64,000 nt of DNA from Candidatus Poribacteria bacterium (GCA_965116925.1 OZ220744.1:6016001-6080000), one strand, 5' to 3'; positions 39,125 through 49,539 are shown, counted from the first letter of the stretch. Made by a program: numbers and translations. The notes: a model not told the origin generated them from the letters alone.

Positions 39125-40021
39125 TCAGAAATATCCCATGTCCTTCAATTTTCGTTCGTCGCGTCGCCAATCTGCTTTGACGGACACGCGCAAATCCAGA
39201 AATACGGTTGTGTCCAAAAACTGCTCGATTTCTGCGCGGGCGAGCTGACCGATCCTTTTGATTGTTTTACCGCCTTTTCCCACTAGGATCCCTTTTTGCG
39301 ATTGTCGTTCGACATAAAGCATCGCACTGATATAGATCTTTCCATTTGGACGTTCCTTGAACTCTTCAACCATGACGCTAGAGGCGTAAGGAATCTCCTG
39401 ACTGGTTCTGAGGAAAATCTTTTCCCGTATTGTTTCCGAGACAAAGAAGCGTTCCGGCAGGTCACTGAGTTGGTCGGGCGGGAAGTAGGGAGGTCCTTCG
39501 GGAAGGTGTTTGAGAATGGACTCGTGCAGTTCAGATACGCCGTTGCCCGTTGTTGCAGAGATTGGGATGAGTTCAAGAAAAGGGAACTTTTCCTGATAGC
39601 TGGCAATAATCGGTAAAAGTGAGGGATTGGGTATGAGGTCAATTTTGTTAATTACGAGTATGACTTGCTGCGCTGCCTTTTTGAATTCAACAAGGATCTT
39701 TTCCTCAATGCCGGAGTTTAGTCGGCTCACATCGATCATATAAAGCACAAGATCTGCGTCTGTGATTGCGGTATATGCAGCTTTGACCATCTGTTCCTGC
39801 AAGCGATATTTGGGGGTAAGCACGCCGGGCGTATCTAGGAAGATAATTTGATGCGAATCCGTTGTGAGAATCCCTGTGATCCGGTTGCGTGTCGTCTGCG
39901 GCTTCGGTGTGACAATTGCGAGCTTCTCCCCCATCAGCGCATTCAGCAGGGTTGATTTGCCGACATTCGGTTCACCGATGATGCTAACGTATCCGGATTT
40001 GAATAGGTCTTGCTCTTGCAT
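39125..40021 (-). CDS. era: GTPase Era
   Basis: GEPNVGKST, QTTR, DTPG, NKID, QEIPY, KH domain; start placed at ATG 40021. Confidence 0.95.
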   Translation of the reverse strand: MQEQDLFKSGYVSIIGEPNVGKSTLLNALMGEKLAIVTPKPQTTRNRITGILTTDSHQIIFLDTPGVLTPKYRLQEQMVKAAYTAITDADLVLYMIDVSRLNSGIEEKILVEFKKAAQQVILVINKIDLIPNPSLLPIIASYQEKFPFLELIPISATTGNGVSELHESILKHLPEGPPYFPPDQLSDLPERFFVSETIREKIFLRTSQEIPYASSVMVEEFKERPNGKIYISAMLYVERQSQKGILVGKGGKTIKRIGQLARAEIEQFLDTTVFLDLRVSVKADWRRDERKLKDMGYF

Positions 40022-40051
40022 TTGCGGGTTCCATAGCGGACTTGATGGCAT

Positions 40052-40081
40052 AAAAAAAGCGATGCTTTGACATCGCCTTTT
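40052..40081 (-). terminator. Intrinsic terminator
   Basis: Minus strand GCGATG-TCAAAG-CATCGC followed by T7. Confidence 0.65.
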
Positions 40082-40141
40082 GGCTGATTCAGATGAAATT
40101 CACTTTGCCACGAATAAGAACGAACGCTTCTCTTCTTGCAT

Positions 40142-40501
40142 TTAGGGAGGGCTCTTATCCCTTCGTGATTCGTGGTGGGATAGGTGGTCGATGTGGTTCT
40201 GGTTTAACTGGCGCATTTCACTTCTAAGGTCACGGATTTCCGCTTGCATATCTGTAAGTCGTTGATTCACTTCAGTAAACCGATGATTCATTTCAGTAAA
40301 CCGATGATTCACTTCCTCGGATTGCTTGTCGATCCGATCTTCTAGCCGTTCGATCGCATGAACGAATGTCTCGCTTTGCTTTTGCAGCTGTTCCGTGTTC
40401 GCTTTCAGTCGCGCTGACACGGCGATGGCTTGTCCTATTATCGTTGCCAATGCTAGTGCTGCCACAATCAGATGTGACGGCGACCATGCTGAAAAGTCCA
40501 T
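40142..40501 (-). CDS. Small TM plus coiled-coil protein with heptad repeats
   Basis: N-terminal hydrophobic helix; EVNHRFT/EMNHRFT/EVNQRLT 21-bp repeats. Confidence 0.7.
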   Translation of the reverse strand: MDFSAWSPSHLIVAALALATIIGQAIAVSARLKANTEQLQKQSETFVHAIERLEDRIDKQSEEVNHRFTEMNHRFTEVNQRLTDMQAEIRDLRSEMRQLNQNHIDHLSHHESRRDKSPP

Positions 40502-40529
40502 TTCAATCTCCTGTGTTCAAATGGTCATA

Positions 40530-41366
40530 TTATACCCCGGTTGCGAACAAATCCAAAACAGGCTCCTCTTCTGTTTTCTGAATTAGATATTTTCCTGATT
40601 CAATACGGTCGCGTGCAAATTTATAATATGCAGGAACGATCTCAAACCCTATGTAATGTCTTCCCTTCATTTTGCTCACTACAGCAACTTGTCCAGACCC
40701 TAAAAATGGATCTAAAACAACATCCCCTTTTTGGCTGGAATAATCTAGAATTTTCTCAATGAGTTCAGCTGGCAATTTAGTTGGCGTTTTGACTGCACCT
40801 TGCCAATATTCTCTCTTAATTTCCCAGACATCTTCTTTGTCTTTATAGTGTGCAGAGCTACCGTTTTCAGTCTTGGCATCCTTATCAAATCGGCGATAGG
40901 GATAAAACTTCCGCTTCCTATCGTTTTTGCACAAAAAAAGACAGTGATAGTGAGAGGTTACATACTTACGCTTGGTAACGACACCAAACTGATATTTCCA
41001 AATCAGGTGATTAACCGTCGTAAGATTGCATTGATCAATAGCGATTAAAAGGTCTTTTAGGTGATTCCAGCCAGAAAAGATATACATGCTGCCAGAATCT
41101 TTTAACACTCGCGTCGCAGCAGAAAGCCATTCAAGTGTGAATGTGGAATAATCGTCTGCTTCAATCTCATTGTAGCCTTGCAGAACTCTATCCCCTGTCC
41201 GGTTGTAGTTATGTCGAGTGGCTTTGAACTCGATGGCAAAAGGGGGATCCGTTATGATAAGATCCACACACTCATCCGGCATTTCGGACATCAACTTAAT
41301 ACAGTCTCCTTGTCTGATAGTATCAATGTACTCAGGACAATATGTATTTGCTTGATCTTGTGCCAT
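40530..41366 (-). CDS. Beta-class N4-C/N6-A DNA methyltransferase, orphan
   Basis: DPPF (motif IV) precedes PTKLP and DPFLGSG (motif I). Confidence 0.88.
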   Translation of the reverse strand: MAQDQANTYCPEYIDTIRQGDCIKLMSEMPDECVDLIITDPPFAIEFKATRHNYNRTGDRVLQGYNEIEADDYSTFTLEWLSAATRVLKDSGSMYIFSGWNHLKDLLIAIDQCNLTTVNHLIWKYQFGVVTKRKYVTSHYHCLFLCKNDRKRKFYPYRRFDKDAKTENGSSAHYKDKEDVWEIKREYWQGAVKTPTKLPAELIEKILDYSSQKGDVVLDPFLGSGQVAVVSKMKGRHYIGFEIVPAYYKFARDRIESGKYLIQKTEEEPVLDLFATGV

Positions 41367-41454
41367 ACATCTTCCTTTTAGAAAATGTCCGATAAGCCGT
41401 CTTAACGTTCAATACAAGTCCATCTACCCACCTACGTTTTTTTTTATCTCTGTC

Positions 41455-42915
41455 TCACTCTCGCCTTAACCGGATGCGCTGCGGTCGTGAAACCGGGCGG
41501 GGTTGTTGGCTTAACCGCTTCAGTAGGTCCTCGACTTCTGCATCGTAAGTGTCGAAGGGATCCTTCATCTCAAAGGGTTCTTCATGCGAAAAATAGATCT
41601 GGTTCCAATCAATGATACACGGCAGGCGGTGTTGGGATAGATAACGCATTACATAGGAGCGGGCTTTTGCCCTTGTATTTTCGGGAGCATTCCGGATAGC
41701 TGCCTCAATCTGTTCGTCCGTCGTAACCCGTCTCACATGTCCTTCGCGCTCAAGTTCGTAAAACAGTCCCTTCTCGCGGTTAAGATGGTGGTACTCAAGA
41801 TCAAGACTCTCGATCCACGGGTCGTCCCACGCCAACCCCTCCTCCTCCATAAAAGCCTCAAGCAGCCACTTCTTCGTTACCCAATCGACGCGATCGATTA
41901 AAAGTTCCGGATCCGCTTCCAAGTCGTCCAAGACCGATTCCCACTCGGTTAGAACCCAATCTGTGTCTTCATCTCTGCCCTTCAGGACTTTCTGTGCGAG
42001 ATCGAGGTATTCACGTTGTAGGTCTATCGCTGAAATAGTGCCGCCGGATTCCAGTTCGACAATCCACTGGAAGGTCTGATCGCGCGAGACCTCTTTGATC
42101 GCGTGCACTGGATTGAGTAAACTCATATCGCGGGGGCGATGCCCTGCCTCAAGCAGATCAAGTATCAGAGAGGTTGTTCCAACCTTCAAAGCCGCCGCAA
42201 ATTCGGACATGTTAGAATCGCCGACGAGTAGATGGAGCCGTCGATATTTGGTGTAGTCGCCGAGGGGTTCATCTCGTGTATTGATAATTGCACGACTGAA
42301 CTGTATCCACTCGTAAATTTCCGTGACAATGTGATCCGCACGTTGAGAGATTTGGTAGCCAACAAAATCGTCGCGCCGATGGTGGGAATCCCCGAATTCG
42401 AGGATTTCTTCGTGTCCGCCGACGCGGCCCGCACCCGCATAAATCTGGCGTGTGACAAAGAACGGCAGCAGCGTGGGAATCACAACCTTGTAGAAGGGGA
42501 CGTCCCGCCGGAGTTGATAGTTTTCGTGACAACCGAAGGTCGCGCCTGTGAAGTGATCGATGTTGTTTTTGAAGAAGGAGATATCCTCCTTCAACCCAAC
42601 ATCGTCGAGGATGGTGATGATTAGCTGCTCGATGGCTCGGTCGTAAGCGATCAGATCGAAGAGGCTAACACACTCTGGCGTAGCATACTCAAGATGCCCC
42701 ATATCGATGTAGAGCCGCCCACCGTTGAACAGAAAACCACCATTGCCGGGCGGTTCGCCCCAATCTCGGTAGTGCATATCCGACATACCGAGTTTCAACT
42801 CGTGAAAGATATAGTCCCTCACAAGTGCGGCGGTCCCCTCCGAAGAGCCGAGGGAGCCATCCGAGTCAGCCATACATCCAAATTCAGTTTCGATACCAAA
42901 AATACGTCTGCTCAC
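41455..42915 (-). CDS. pafA: Pup/UBact-protein ligase (PafA family)
   Basis: IFGIETEFG, NGGRLYID.GH.EYATPEC, GCHENY, SQRADH, NTRDEP, RRLH, DLEYH. Confidence 0.87.
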   Translation of the reverse strand: MSRRIFGIETEFGCMADSDGSLGSSEGTAALVRDYIFHELKLGMSDMHYRDWGEPPGNGGFLFNGGRLYIDMGHLEYATPECVSLFDLIAYDRAIEQLIITILDDVGLKEDISFFKNNIDHFTGATFGCHENYQLRRDVPFYKVVIPTLLPFFVTRQIYAGAGRVGGHEEILEFGDSHHRRDDFVGYQISQRADHIVTEIYEWIQFSRAIINTRDEPLGDYTKYRRLHLLVGDSNMSEFAAALKVGTTSLILDLLEAGHRPRDMSLLNPVHAIKEVSRDQTFQWIVELESGGTISAIDLQREYLDLAQKVLKGRDEDTDWVLTEWESVLDDLEADPELLIDRVDWVTKKWLLEAFMEEEGLAWDDPWIESLDLEYHHLNREKGLFYELEREGHVRRVTTDEQIEAAIRNAPENTRAKARSYVMRYLSQHRLPCIIDWNQIYFSHEEPFEMKDPFDTYDAEVEDLLKRLSQQPRPVSRPQRIRLRRE

Positions 42916-42957
42916 TGTTTCGCCTCAACGACAAGTTGGGGTTTGTCCGTACTCATA

Positions 42958-43752
42958 TCAGAGCCAATCTGTGATCGCTGCATCAATCTCATCCGAGGTC
43001 AGAATACGAAACTTATTATTGCTTCGGCGCGAAGTTTCCAATACCGCCCCTTCGATTTCTCCTGCTTGCAATTCATCTCGAAGGACCGTGTGCAGTCGCT
43101 CTTTATCTATCGTCAGTTCCGAACCTTCGCTTGTTTCCTCATCTGAATCGGTTTCTGTTTCTTGCACTCCCAGCTCCCAGCCGACCACCCAAGTTTCCAG
43201 AGCTAACTGTAAAGCGGCGGTGAGCGAAGACTCGGACGCATCAGCACCAGATAGATAATTCTGCATCGCCGTTTCAGCTTCGTGGGTGCCAGCGATAACT
43301 TCTCTGTCTTGATTTGATTGCACTGTACCATCGTAGTTCAAGGCGATAAATCCATCCCCTTCACCGCGCGTACCAAGTTCTGCCAACAGCATTTTAATGA
43401 TGTAGGCGGAGCCAAAGATGGCTTCAAAGGATTGTTTGATAGTGGGCCCAAGCACGAAATTTGTCAGACGATGGAGGGTTACATCATCAACTGAGCTCTG
43501 AAAACCTTGTACGGACGCGGTGTCGGTTGCCATCATGCGCAGTCGTTCAACATCGGCACTATGCCCTATTGCTGAGAGCGCAATCCGGTCATGCACCTCA
43601 AAGATTTTACGTTGTCCACGTCCAATGGTCACAAGTAACAGCCCATCATCATATCTTAGCCCGACGACGGGACTCCCGCCGCGAAGTTGGTCTTCGATAT
43701 AGTCGCGGCGGTTATTAACGGCTTCAAGCCACCGATAAGGTTCATCTAGCAT
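42958..43752 (-). CDS. prcA: 20S proteasome alpha subunit
   Basis: GSPVVG, RKIFEVHDRI, GH.AD; position directly after the beta subunit. Confidence 0.85.
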   Translation of the reverse strand: MLDEPYRWLEAVNNRRDYIEDQLRGGSPVVGLRYDDGLLLVTIGRGQRKIFEVHDRIALSAIGHSADVERLRMMATDTASVQGFQSSVDDVTLHRLTNFVLGPTIKQSFEAIFGSAYIIKMLLAELGTRGEGDGFIALNYDGTVQSNQDREVIAGTHEAETAMQNYLSGADASESSLTAALQLALETWVVGWELGVQETETDSDEETSEGSELTIDKERLHTVLRDELQAGEIEGAVLETSRRSNNKFRILTSDEIDAAITDWL

Positions 43753-44551
43753 AAGTTGTTTCTACAGATTCAGCATAAATCTCTTGGAGTCTTTCGACAG
43801 AGAGATCTTGAATTCCGTCCTTTGTGATCGTTTTTACTGTTGGATAGATATTTGATTTCGGGTTATAGCCACTTGTCGCTGAGTCATATTCTGCAGCTGC
43901 ATCGAGTAGGCGCAAAACGGTAACGGTAGCCTCCTGTTCATCCATATCGGCAAGTGGTTTATCGCCCCAACGGTTCTGATATAACAAAATCCCACGGATC
44001 CACACAGAGCCGGATCCGGAGGTCGCAAAATCCGCACTCTCAAAATGTGCACCGAGCGCGTCGTAAAAGAAGATTTTGCCACCGTTTTCATCGTCGTTTT
44101 GCAAATCATAGATGGCATAGATGGGTATCACGCCCCCAATGCCTTGCAGCGTCATGGGCAAATTTTCACGGATTAGGCGGGAGAGTGTGCGCAGCTTGCC
44201 TTCGAGGCTCAACTCTTGAAGTTGGCTTCGGCGGAAATATTGGAACGAATGTTCGAGGACTCGCGCCATTTCATAAGCCATTGCAGGCGATCCTGCGATC
44301 GCAAGAACGGAGTGTTCGTCAATCTGGAGCAACTTTTCCGCGCGATCATACATGACAACATTGCCTGCTGTTGCGCGCCGGTCTCCGCCGATGAGGACAC
44401 CGTCCTTATAGCGCACGGCAAGGACGGTGGTGCCCTCTATGTCCTGAATGGGAGGCGAAGCCCCATTGGCGGCTGTTGCGGGCAGATCCAGTTGAATCTG
44501 GCAATCGTGCGCCTTCAAGAGGTCGAGGAAATCCCCCTTGTGATTTGTCAT
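43742..44551 (-). CDS. prcB: 20S proteasome beta subunit
   Basis: Propeptide then EG/TTVLA (Thr1), GDRRAT, SLEGK, SGSGS, DSATSG. Confidence 0.92.
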   Translation of the reverse strand: MTNHKGDFLDLLKAHDCQIQLDLPATAANGASPPIQDIEGTTVLAVRYKDGVLIGGDRRATAGNVVMYDRAEKLLQIDEHSVLAIAGSPAMAYEMARVLEHSFQYFRRSQLQELSLEGKLRTLSRLIRENLPMTLQGIGGVIPIYAIYDLQNDDENGGKIFFYDALGAHFESADFATSGSGSVWIRGILLYQNRWGDKPLADMDEQEATVTVLRLLDAAAEYDSATSGYNPKSNIYPTVKTITKDGIQDLSVERLQEIYAESVETTYAR

Positions 44552-44554
44552 GGG

Positions 44555-44752
44555 TTACTCACCTGTTCGTTGGCGATAACGCCGGGATTGGTCTTTATCG
44601 ACGCGCCGCATCCGCCGAACCAAATTTCTGGTGTCCGGTCTGGTGACATCCGGACGCTTGGGCCCATCATCGTCCCCACCGTCGCCTGGGCCTACGGGTT
44701 TCACCGGTCTTTGAATCCGATCGCGTAGATAAATCAAATGCTGTGCTGTCAT
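44555..44752 (-). CDS. ubact: Ubiquitin-like protein UBact (Pup analog)
   Basis: 65 aa, Gly/Asp/Pro-rich, ends YRQRTGE (R[ST]G[EQ] signature); between dop and prcB; AGAGGAGG RBS. Confidence 0.9.
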   Translation of the reverse strand: MTAQHLIYLRDRIQRPVKPVGPGDGGDDDGPKRPDVTRPDTRNLVRRMRRVDKDQSRRYRQRTGE

Positions 44753-44788
44753 CGTAATAACCTCCTATAAAGAAATAGATTTAGGTGC

Positions 44789-46309
44789 TCACTTGCTAAA
44801 TTCTAAATTTTCAACTAACGCTTCAACCGACTGTGCCTGATCGAGGATGCGATTGTATTTTTCTGCCATCTCTGCATCCGCGAGTTGATTCATACTCACT
44901 GAGACGGTTTTTTTACCCTTTGTATTAAAGGTGACGTTATCCCATTGGATTGATTTAACTTGTGGACGGAATTTGTCCAATGATTTGCCTCGAAAATATG
45001 CGCGTGTATCAGCGGGTGGATTATGGATAGCGTTTTCAATCTGCCTATCGGTAACGAGGCGCCGCATCAATCCACCTGTTTCAAGCTCATAATATAACCC
45101 CGCTTCTTGATCGATGTTGTGATATTCAAGGTCGAGGCTCTGTAACCACGGGTCATCCCATGTAAGTCGCTCTTCGTCGATGAACGTTTCCAGCAGCCAC
45201 TTCTTGGCGACCCAATCCAATCGGTCTGTGAGATCCATCGGGTCCTTTTCGAGCCCGTTGAGAATAGATTCCCATTCGGTGAGGACCCAATCGGTATCAC
45301 CACTTTGTGGGTCGAGGTACTTTTGGGCTAACGCGAGATATTCTCGCTGCAAATCAATTGCAGAAATGCTCTTACCGTTGGCTAATTTGAATTGCCACTG
45401 ATAAGTCTGGTCGCGGGAGATTTCTTTAATCGTGTGGAGTGGGTCTTGCAAGGTAAACCAACCGGGTACGCGTTTCTGTTCAATAAGATCGATAACGAGT
45501 GCGGTTGTGCCGATCTTGAGTGCCGTTGCATACTCTGACATATTAGCGTCACCGACGATACCGTGTAGCCGGCGGTATTTTGCTGGATCCGCGTGGGGTT
45601 CATCGCGCGTATTCACAATTGGGCGGTTGTGCATGGTATCAACGCTGACTTCGACATGGAAGAAATCGGATCGTTGTGCGATTTGGAAAAAACCGGCGGA
45701 GGTCAATCCTGATTCGGTCTCGATTCCCACCTTCCCCGCCCCGGCAAAAATCTGTCGTGTCACAAAAAATGGCATGATACTCGCCTTGAGGTCATCAAAG
45801 GGGATAGCCCGTGACATTAGGTAGTTGTCATGGCAGCCGTAACTGTGTCCATGAAAGTCAGTGTTGTTTTTGTACAACAGGACACGTTTGCCCAATTTTT
45901 CGCTTCGCCTGACCGCACATTGCTGCAGTATCCGTTCTCCTGCTTTATCGTGGGCGACCAATTGAAAAAGGCTGCGACATTCTGGAGTGGAATATTCGGG
46001 ATGAGCATGGTCGTTGTATAAACGGGCACCATTGGTCAAAATCAGATCGCTTTTGATTTCGACGAAGGACAGATTTCGCTGCCGATCGGCTTCCTGATGT
46101 GCCCGCTCGTCGGGGTGTTCCTGTAAAGCTTTTGCGCGGAAGCCACGCTCGTCCTGGAACGGATCTTCGCCACTATAATCCCACAGTGGTCGAAAGTCAT
46201 CCTGCCGATAACTCTTAATCAATTCGACAGATTGGTTGACGGGATCAACGTGCTCTTCTGACTCTAGCGTGATTCCATATTCAGTTTCGATTCCAAAAAG
46301 TCTTTGCAT
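44789..46309 (-). CDS. dop: Dop-like deamidase/deconjugase (PafA2 family)
   Basis: GIETEYG, NGARLYNDHAHPEYSTPEC, SYGCHDNY, RPIVNTRDEPHAD. Confidence 0.88.
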   Translation of the reverse strand: MQRLFGIETEYGITLESEEHVDPVNQSVELIKSYRQDDFRPLWDYSGEDPFQDERGFRAKALQEHPDERAHQEADRQRNLSFVEIKSDLILTNGARLYNDHAHPEYSTPECRSLFQLVAHDKAGERILQQCAVRRSEKLGKRVLLYKNNTDFHGHSYGCHDNYLMSRAIPFDDLKASIMPFFVTRQIFAGAGKVGIETESGLTSAGFFQIAQRSDFFHVEVSVDTMHNRPIVNTRDEPHADPAKYRRLHGIVGDANMSEYATALKIGTTALVIDLIEQKRVPGWFTLQDPLHTIKEISRDQTYQWQFKLANGKSISAIDLQREYLALAQKYLDPQSGDTDWVLTEWESILNGLEKDPMDLTDRLDWVAKKWLLETFIDEERLTWDDPWLQSLDLEYHNIDQEAGLYYELETGGLMRRLVTDRQIENAIHNPPADTRAYFRGKSLDKFRPQVKSIQWDNVTFNTKGKKTVSVSMNQLADAEMAEKYNRILDQAQSVEALVENLEFSK

Positions 46310-46321
46310 AAACGCTTCATC

Positions 46322-48073
46322 CTAAATCACGCTGCTCGCAGCTTTTCTACGAGTTGATTTCTCTGGACGGATTGGGGTCACTTTGACGACGTTCTCCGGA
46401 TCGTAATCGAGCAGCTTAAGCCAATCTTCGACGCTGTCTGTCGGGGGGAAGATGTCGTTCTCGCGGTATTCTGCCAATGCACCTTCCAATAGGTCTTCAA
46501 CCCGAATCCCAACCGCGTCCTCGGGGCCTTCTATTGCACGTTTGATTGCGGACTCTTTTGCGCGTTGAACAATGGAATCGACAATAGCACCACTACATAG
46601 ATCGCCACGGTACATAATATCGCGGCGACCACTTCGCAGGGCAACCTCTAAAAATTTGTTGCCTTCATCTCGCTGAAACAGTTCATCGCAGACCTGATCA
46701 ATGAGGTAAGAAACTGCTGCCTCTGCATCGCCCTTGTGGGCATCAAGGATTTCTGGATGGAGTGGTAAATCTGGTGTGAGATAAATGCGGAAAATCGCGT
46801 TCGATGCGTCTTTATCGGGACGGGTGACTTTAATCTTCCGATCAATTCGCCCGGGGCGTAAAATCGCGGGATCAATGAGATCCGGACGGTTCGTTGCAAG
46901 GATGATTACAACATCTTGCAACGATTCGATCCCATCCATTTCAGCGCAGAACATTGGGACGACGGTGTTGGAAATGTTATGGGAACGGAATGAACGGCGC
47001 GTCCCTAAAATCGATTCCGCTTCATCAATGAATACGAAAGGTAGATAACCTTCTTTACTCTTCTCGCGCGCTATCTGGAAGATTTCGCGGACTTTACGTT
47101 CCGACTCACCTAGCCACATATTCAAGATTTCAGGTCCTTTGATGTGCAGGAAACATCCTTCTACCTCGGCCCCTTCCTCTTCGCTCAACCGTTGCGTCAG
47201 ATTGTGCGCTGTCGCCTTCCCGATGAGTGTTTTCCCACACCCCGGAGGACCGTGCAAGAGAAAACCTTTTGGAGGCGCGTATTGGAACTTATCGAAGAGT
47301 TCCGGGTGTAAAATTGGTAATTCGATGGTATCTTTGATGAGTTGAATGGTATCGTCTAGTCCGCCCACTTTCGACCAAGGGAGGTCTGGCACGGCTTCGA
47401 GGTAGTAATCTTGTGCTTCTTGTACTTCTAGGCGTTCTAGTGCGACTTTGGAATTCGGGTCCATACGGATTTCGTCGCCGACTTTCAGCTTTGCGTTAGC
47501 TAAATCGGTGGAGCGTTGTAAAATAATTGATTGCAGTCCGGCTGGTTCGCCGCCAACGCGTAACCGACCATCAGGCATCAAATCAACGATTTTTGCAATC
47601 GATCCGGAGGTGTTATATCCCAACTCACCGACAATAACATAAGCATCATTGAGGAGCACGCTAAAACCGATCTTCAACGCTGCGGCATCCAGTTGTGGGT
47701 CAATATTCGCGTAGTATTCGGATCCACCTATAATAACATGGGCGACCTCCTTTTTCGGGAGGCCCAGCAGCGTCCCGATCCGATTTGCAGGGGAAGTCAA
47801 CTTTTCGATTGTCTCCTGCATTTCAACAATGGCTTCTCTCGCCTCCTGAAAGGTCATTTCGTCTTCCACAATCGCCCGCCGAAGTTGAAACAACAGCGGA
47901 CGCCGGCGATCGTCCTCGTGGGTCGCATAAATGAGCCGATCCACTAACATCAGGGAACGAGGGGTGCCCACCTGATCATCATCGGCTTCAATTTCGTCAT
48001 CAATGTCGTCAAATAGTCGGAAATCGTCTTCTGGTATCGTCTCACGGCGCCTTCTATCGTTCTGGTTGCGCAT
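46322..48073 (-). CDS. arc: Proteasome AAA ATPase (ARC/Mpa)
   Basis: Coiled coil and OB region; GPPGCGKT, KGPEILN, FIDEAES, TNRPDLIDPAILRPGRID; start placed at ATG 48073 after GAGGAGG. Confidence 0.9.
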   Translation of the reverse strand: MRNQNDRRRRETIPEDDFRLFDDIDDEIEADDDQVGTPRSLMLVDRLIYATHEDDRRRPLLFQLRRAIVEDEMTFQEAREAIVEMQETIEKLTSPANRIGTLLGLPKKEVAHVIIGGSEYYANIDPQLDAAALKIGFSVLLNDAYVIVGELGYNTSGSIAKIVDLMPDGRLRVGGEPAGLQSIILQRSTDLANAKLKVGDEIRMDPNSKVALERLEVQEAQDYYLEAVPDLPWSKVGGLDDTIQLIKDTIELPILHPELFDKFQYAPPKGFLLHGPPGCGKTLIGKATAHNLTQRLSEEEGAEVEGCFLHIKGPEILNMWLGESERKVREIFQIAREKSKEGYLPFVFIDEAESILGTRRSFRSHNISNTVVPMFCAEMDGIESLQDVVIILATNRPDLIDPAILRPGRIDRKIKVTRPDKDASNAIFRIYLTPDLPLHPEILDAHKGDAEAAVSYLIDQVCDELFQRDEGNKFLEVALRSGRRDIMYRGDLCSGAIVDSIVQRAKESAIKRAIEGPEDAVGIRVEDLLEGALAEYRENDIFPPTDSVEDWLKLLDYDPENVVKVTPIRPEKSTRRKAASSVI

Positions 48074-48496
48074 TGAACCCTCCTCAAACAGAATAGTCGG
48101 TCGTATTGGATGGTATTTCAGAATTAATTTCTTTTGCCGTTGGAGAAGCACGGGAAAATGTCCCTAAAAGAACGTCCCCAATATTTGAGAGTATTCAGCT
48201 GCTAACACCTTCTTGAATTAACAGGCTTCGTGAGATTGTAACGGTCATTGGAAAGAAAGTTGCATCAGACCGGCTAGAGCCTGAAGACCCAAAGCAGATG
48301 GAGAAATGGGTGAAAAATGGGAAAGTGCTAGCTGGCAAAAGTATGACATCTATCATATAGCTTGTCGTATAAGTGCATTTGTATTCTATCACATCGGTAG
48401 GCAAACATCAACACAAAAAGTAGCAAATCCTCATGAGAGTATTGCCTAGACATCGGAAATTTCTAACAAAAAAGCTGAATCAACTGTGCATAATTA

Positions 48497-48525
48497 TTGC
48501 CTTCCTCTTCTTATTTTGGTATAAT
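48497..48525 (+). promoter_or_regulatory. Sigma70-like promoter with extended -10
   Basis: TTGCCT-17 nt-TATAAT with TGn; upstream of radC. Confidence 0.55.
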
Positions 48526-48676
48526 CTGCCTTACAGTTTTCCATCATTAAGAATAGGTCGTTATTAATTCAAACCTACCGCAAAGACACTAAAGTACACG
48601 GAGAAAAGTGATAAAAGTTTTTTCTTTGCGTTCTCCGCGTTAAATGAACCAATAACCACCTATTGTGTTTTCCATC

Positions 48677-48784
48677 TATAGTGAATTCTAAAAATAAATA
48701 GACACTTTCGCCCCCCATGTTTGGTAGGCGCTGTTTCTAACTGCGCCGATTTGGAGTGTCTCATTAATTCTAAGGTCCACTATA
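48677..48784. mobile_element. MITE-like element, family C (TATAGTG...CACTATA ends)
   Basis: Same terminal and subterminal sequence as the longer copy at 52484-52703. Confidence 0.6.
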
Positions 48785-48825
48785 ATAAGGATGGGATTCT
48801 ACAAAAGATCGCTATTAAGGATGGA

Positions 48826-49539
48826 ATGATGGAAACGACGGAATACCGGCTTCGGCTAAAAGACCTGCCCGAAGATGAACGACCGCTCGAAAGACTTTAC
48901 AAGTACGGTCCGCAGGCACTTAAAACATCAGAACTAATCGCAATTATTATTCGTACCGGAACGGGCACTGCAACAGTGGTTCAGGTCGCAGAGCAGCTGC
49001 TTCAGAAGTACGATGGCAACTTGAAGCGATTGGCAGATAATAGTGAGATACAGATTGCAGAAGGTATCAAAGGGATGGGCACTGTGAAGGTGGGCCAAAT
49101 CAGGGCAGCCTTTGAGTTAGGGCGGCGGATGGCGGCGTTTCTTGAAGAAAAACCGCAGATCGGTTCTCCCAGCGATGTTGTACATGTTGCGCGAATGGTG
49201 ATGCCTTCGATGCGAGATCTGCAACAGGAAGAGCTACATGTTTTTTGCCTTGACACGAAGAACTATGTGACCAAGCAGCGTCGTATCTTCGAGGGAAGCT
49301 TAAATGCGAGCATCATCCATCCCCGTGAAGTCTTTCGGTTCGCGATAGAGGAGGCGGCGGCATCAATCATATTGGTGCATAACCATCCCTCCGGTGATCC
49401 CGCACCAAGTCCAGAGGACATCCATGCGACAAAGCAATTGGTCGAGGCGGGGAAGTTGCTCCAGATTTCTGTGACGGATCACGTTATTATCGGGGACGGA
49501 TGCTATATCAGCATGAAGGAAGAAGGAATAATTTCGTAA
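48826..49539 (+). CDS. radC: RadC (JAB/MPN) family protein
   Basis: ERPLERL, HPREVF, HNHPSG, DHVIIG. Confidence 0.92.
   Translation: MMETTEYRLRLKDLPEDERPLERLYKYGPQALKTSELIAIIIRTGTGTATVVQVAEQLLQKYDGNLKRLADNSEIQIAEGIKGMGTVKVGQIRAAFELGRRMAAFLEEKPQIGSPSDVVHVARMVMPSMRDLQQEELHVFCLDTKNYVTKQRRIFEGSLNASIIHPREVFRFAIEEAAASIILVHNHPSGDPAPSPEDIHATKQLVEAGKLLQISVTDHVIIGDGCYISMKEEGIIS

Noticed and set aside
48195..48404. 69-aa ORF upstream of arc
   Set aside because: No clear RBS or motif; it overlaps the probable divergent promoter region
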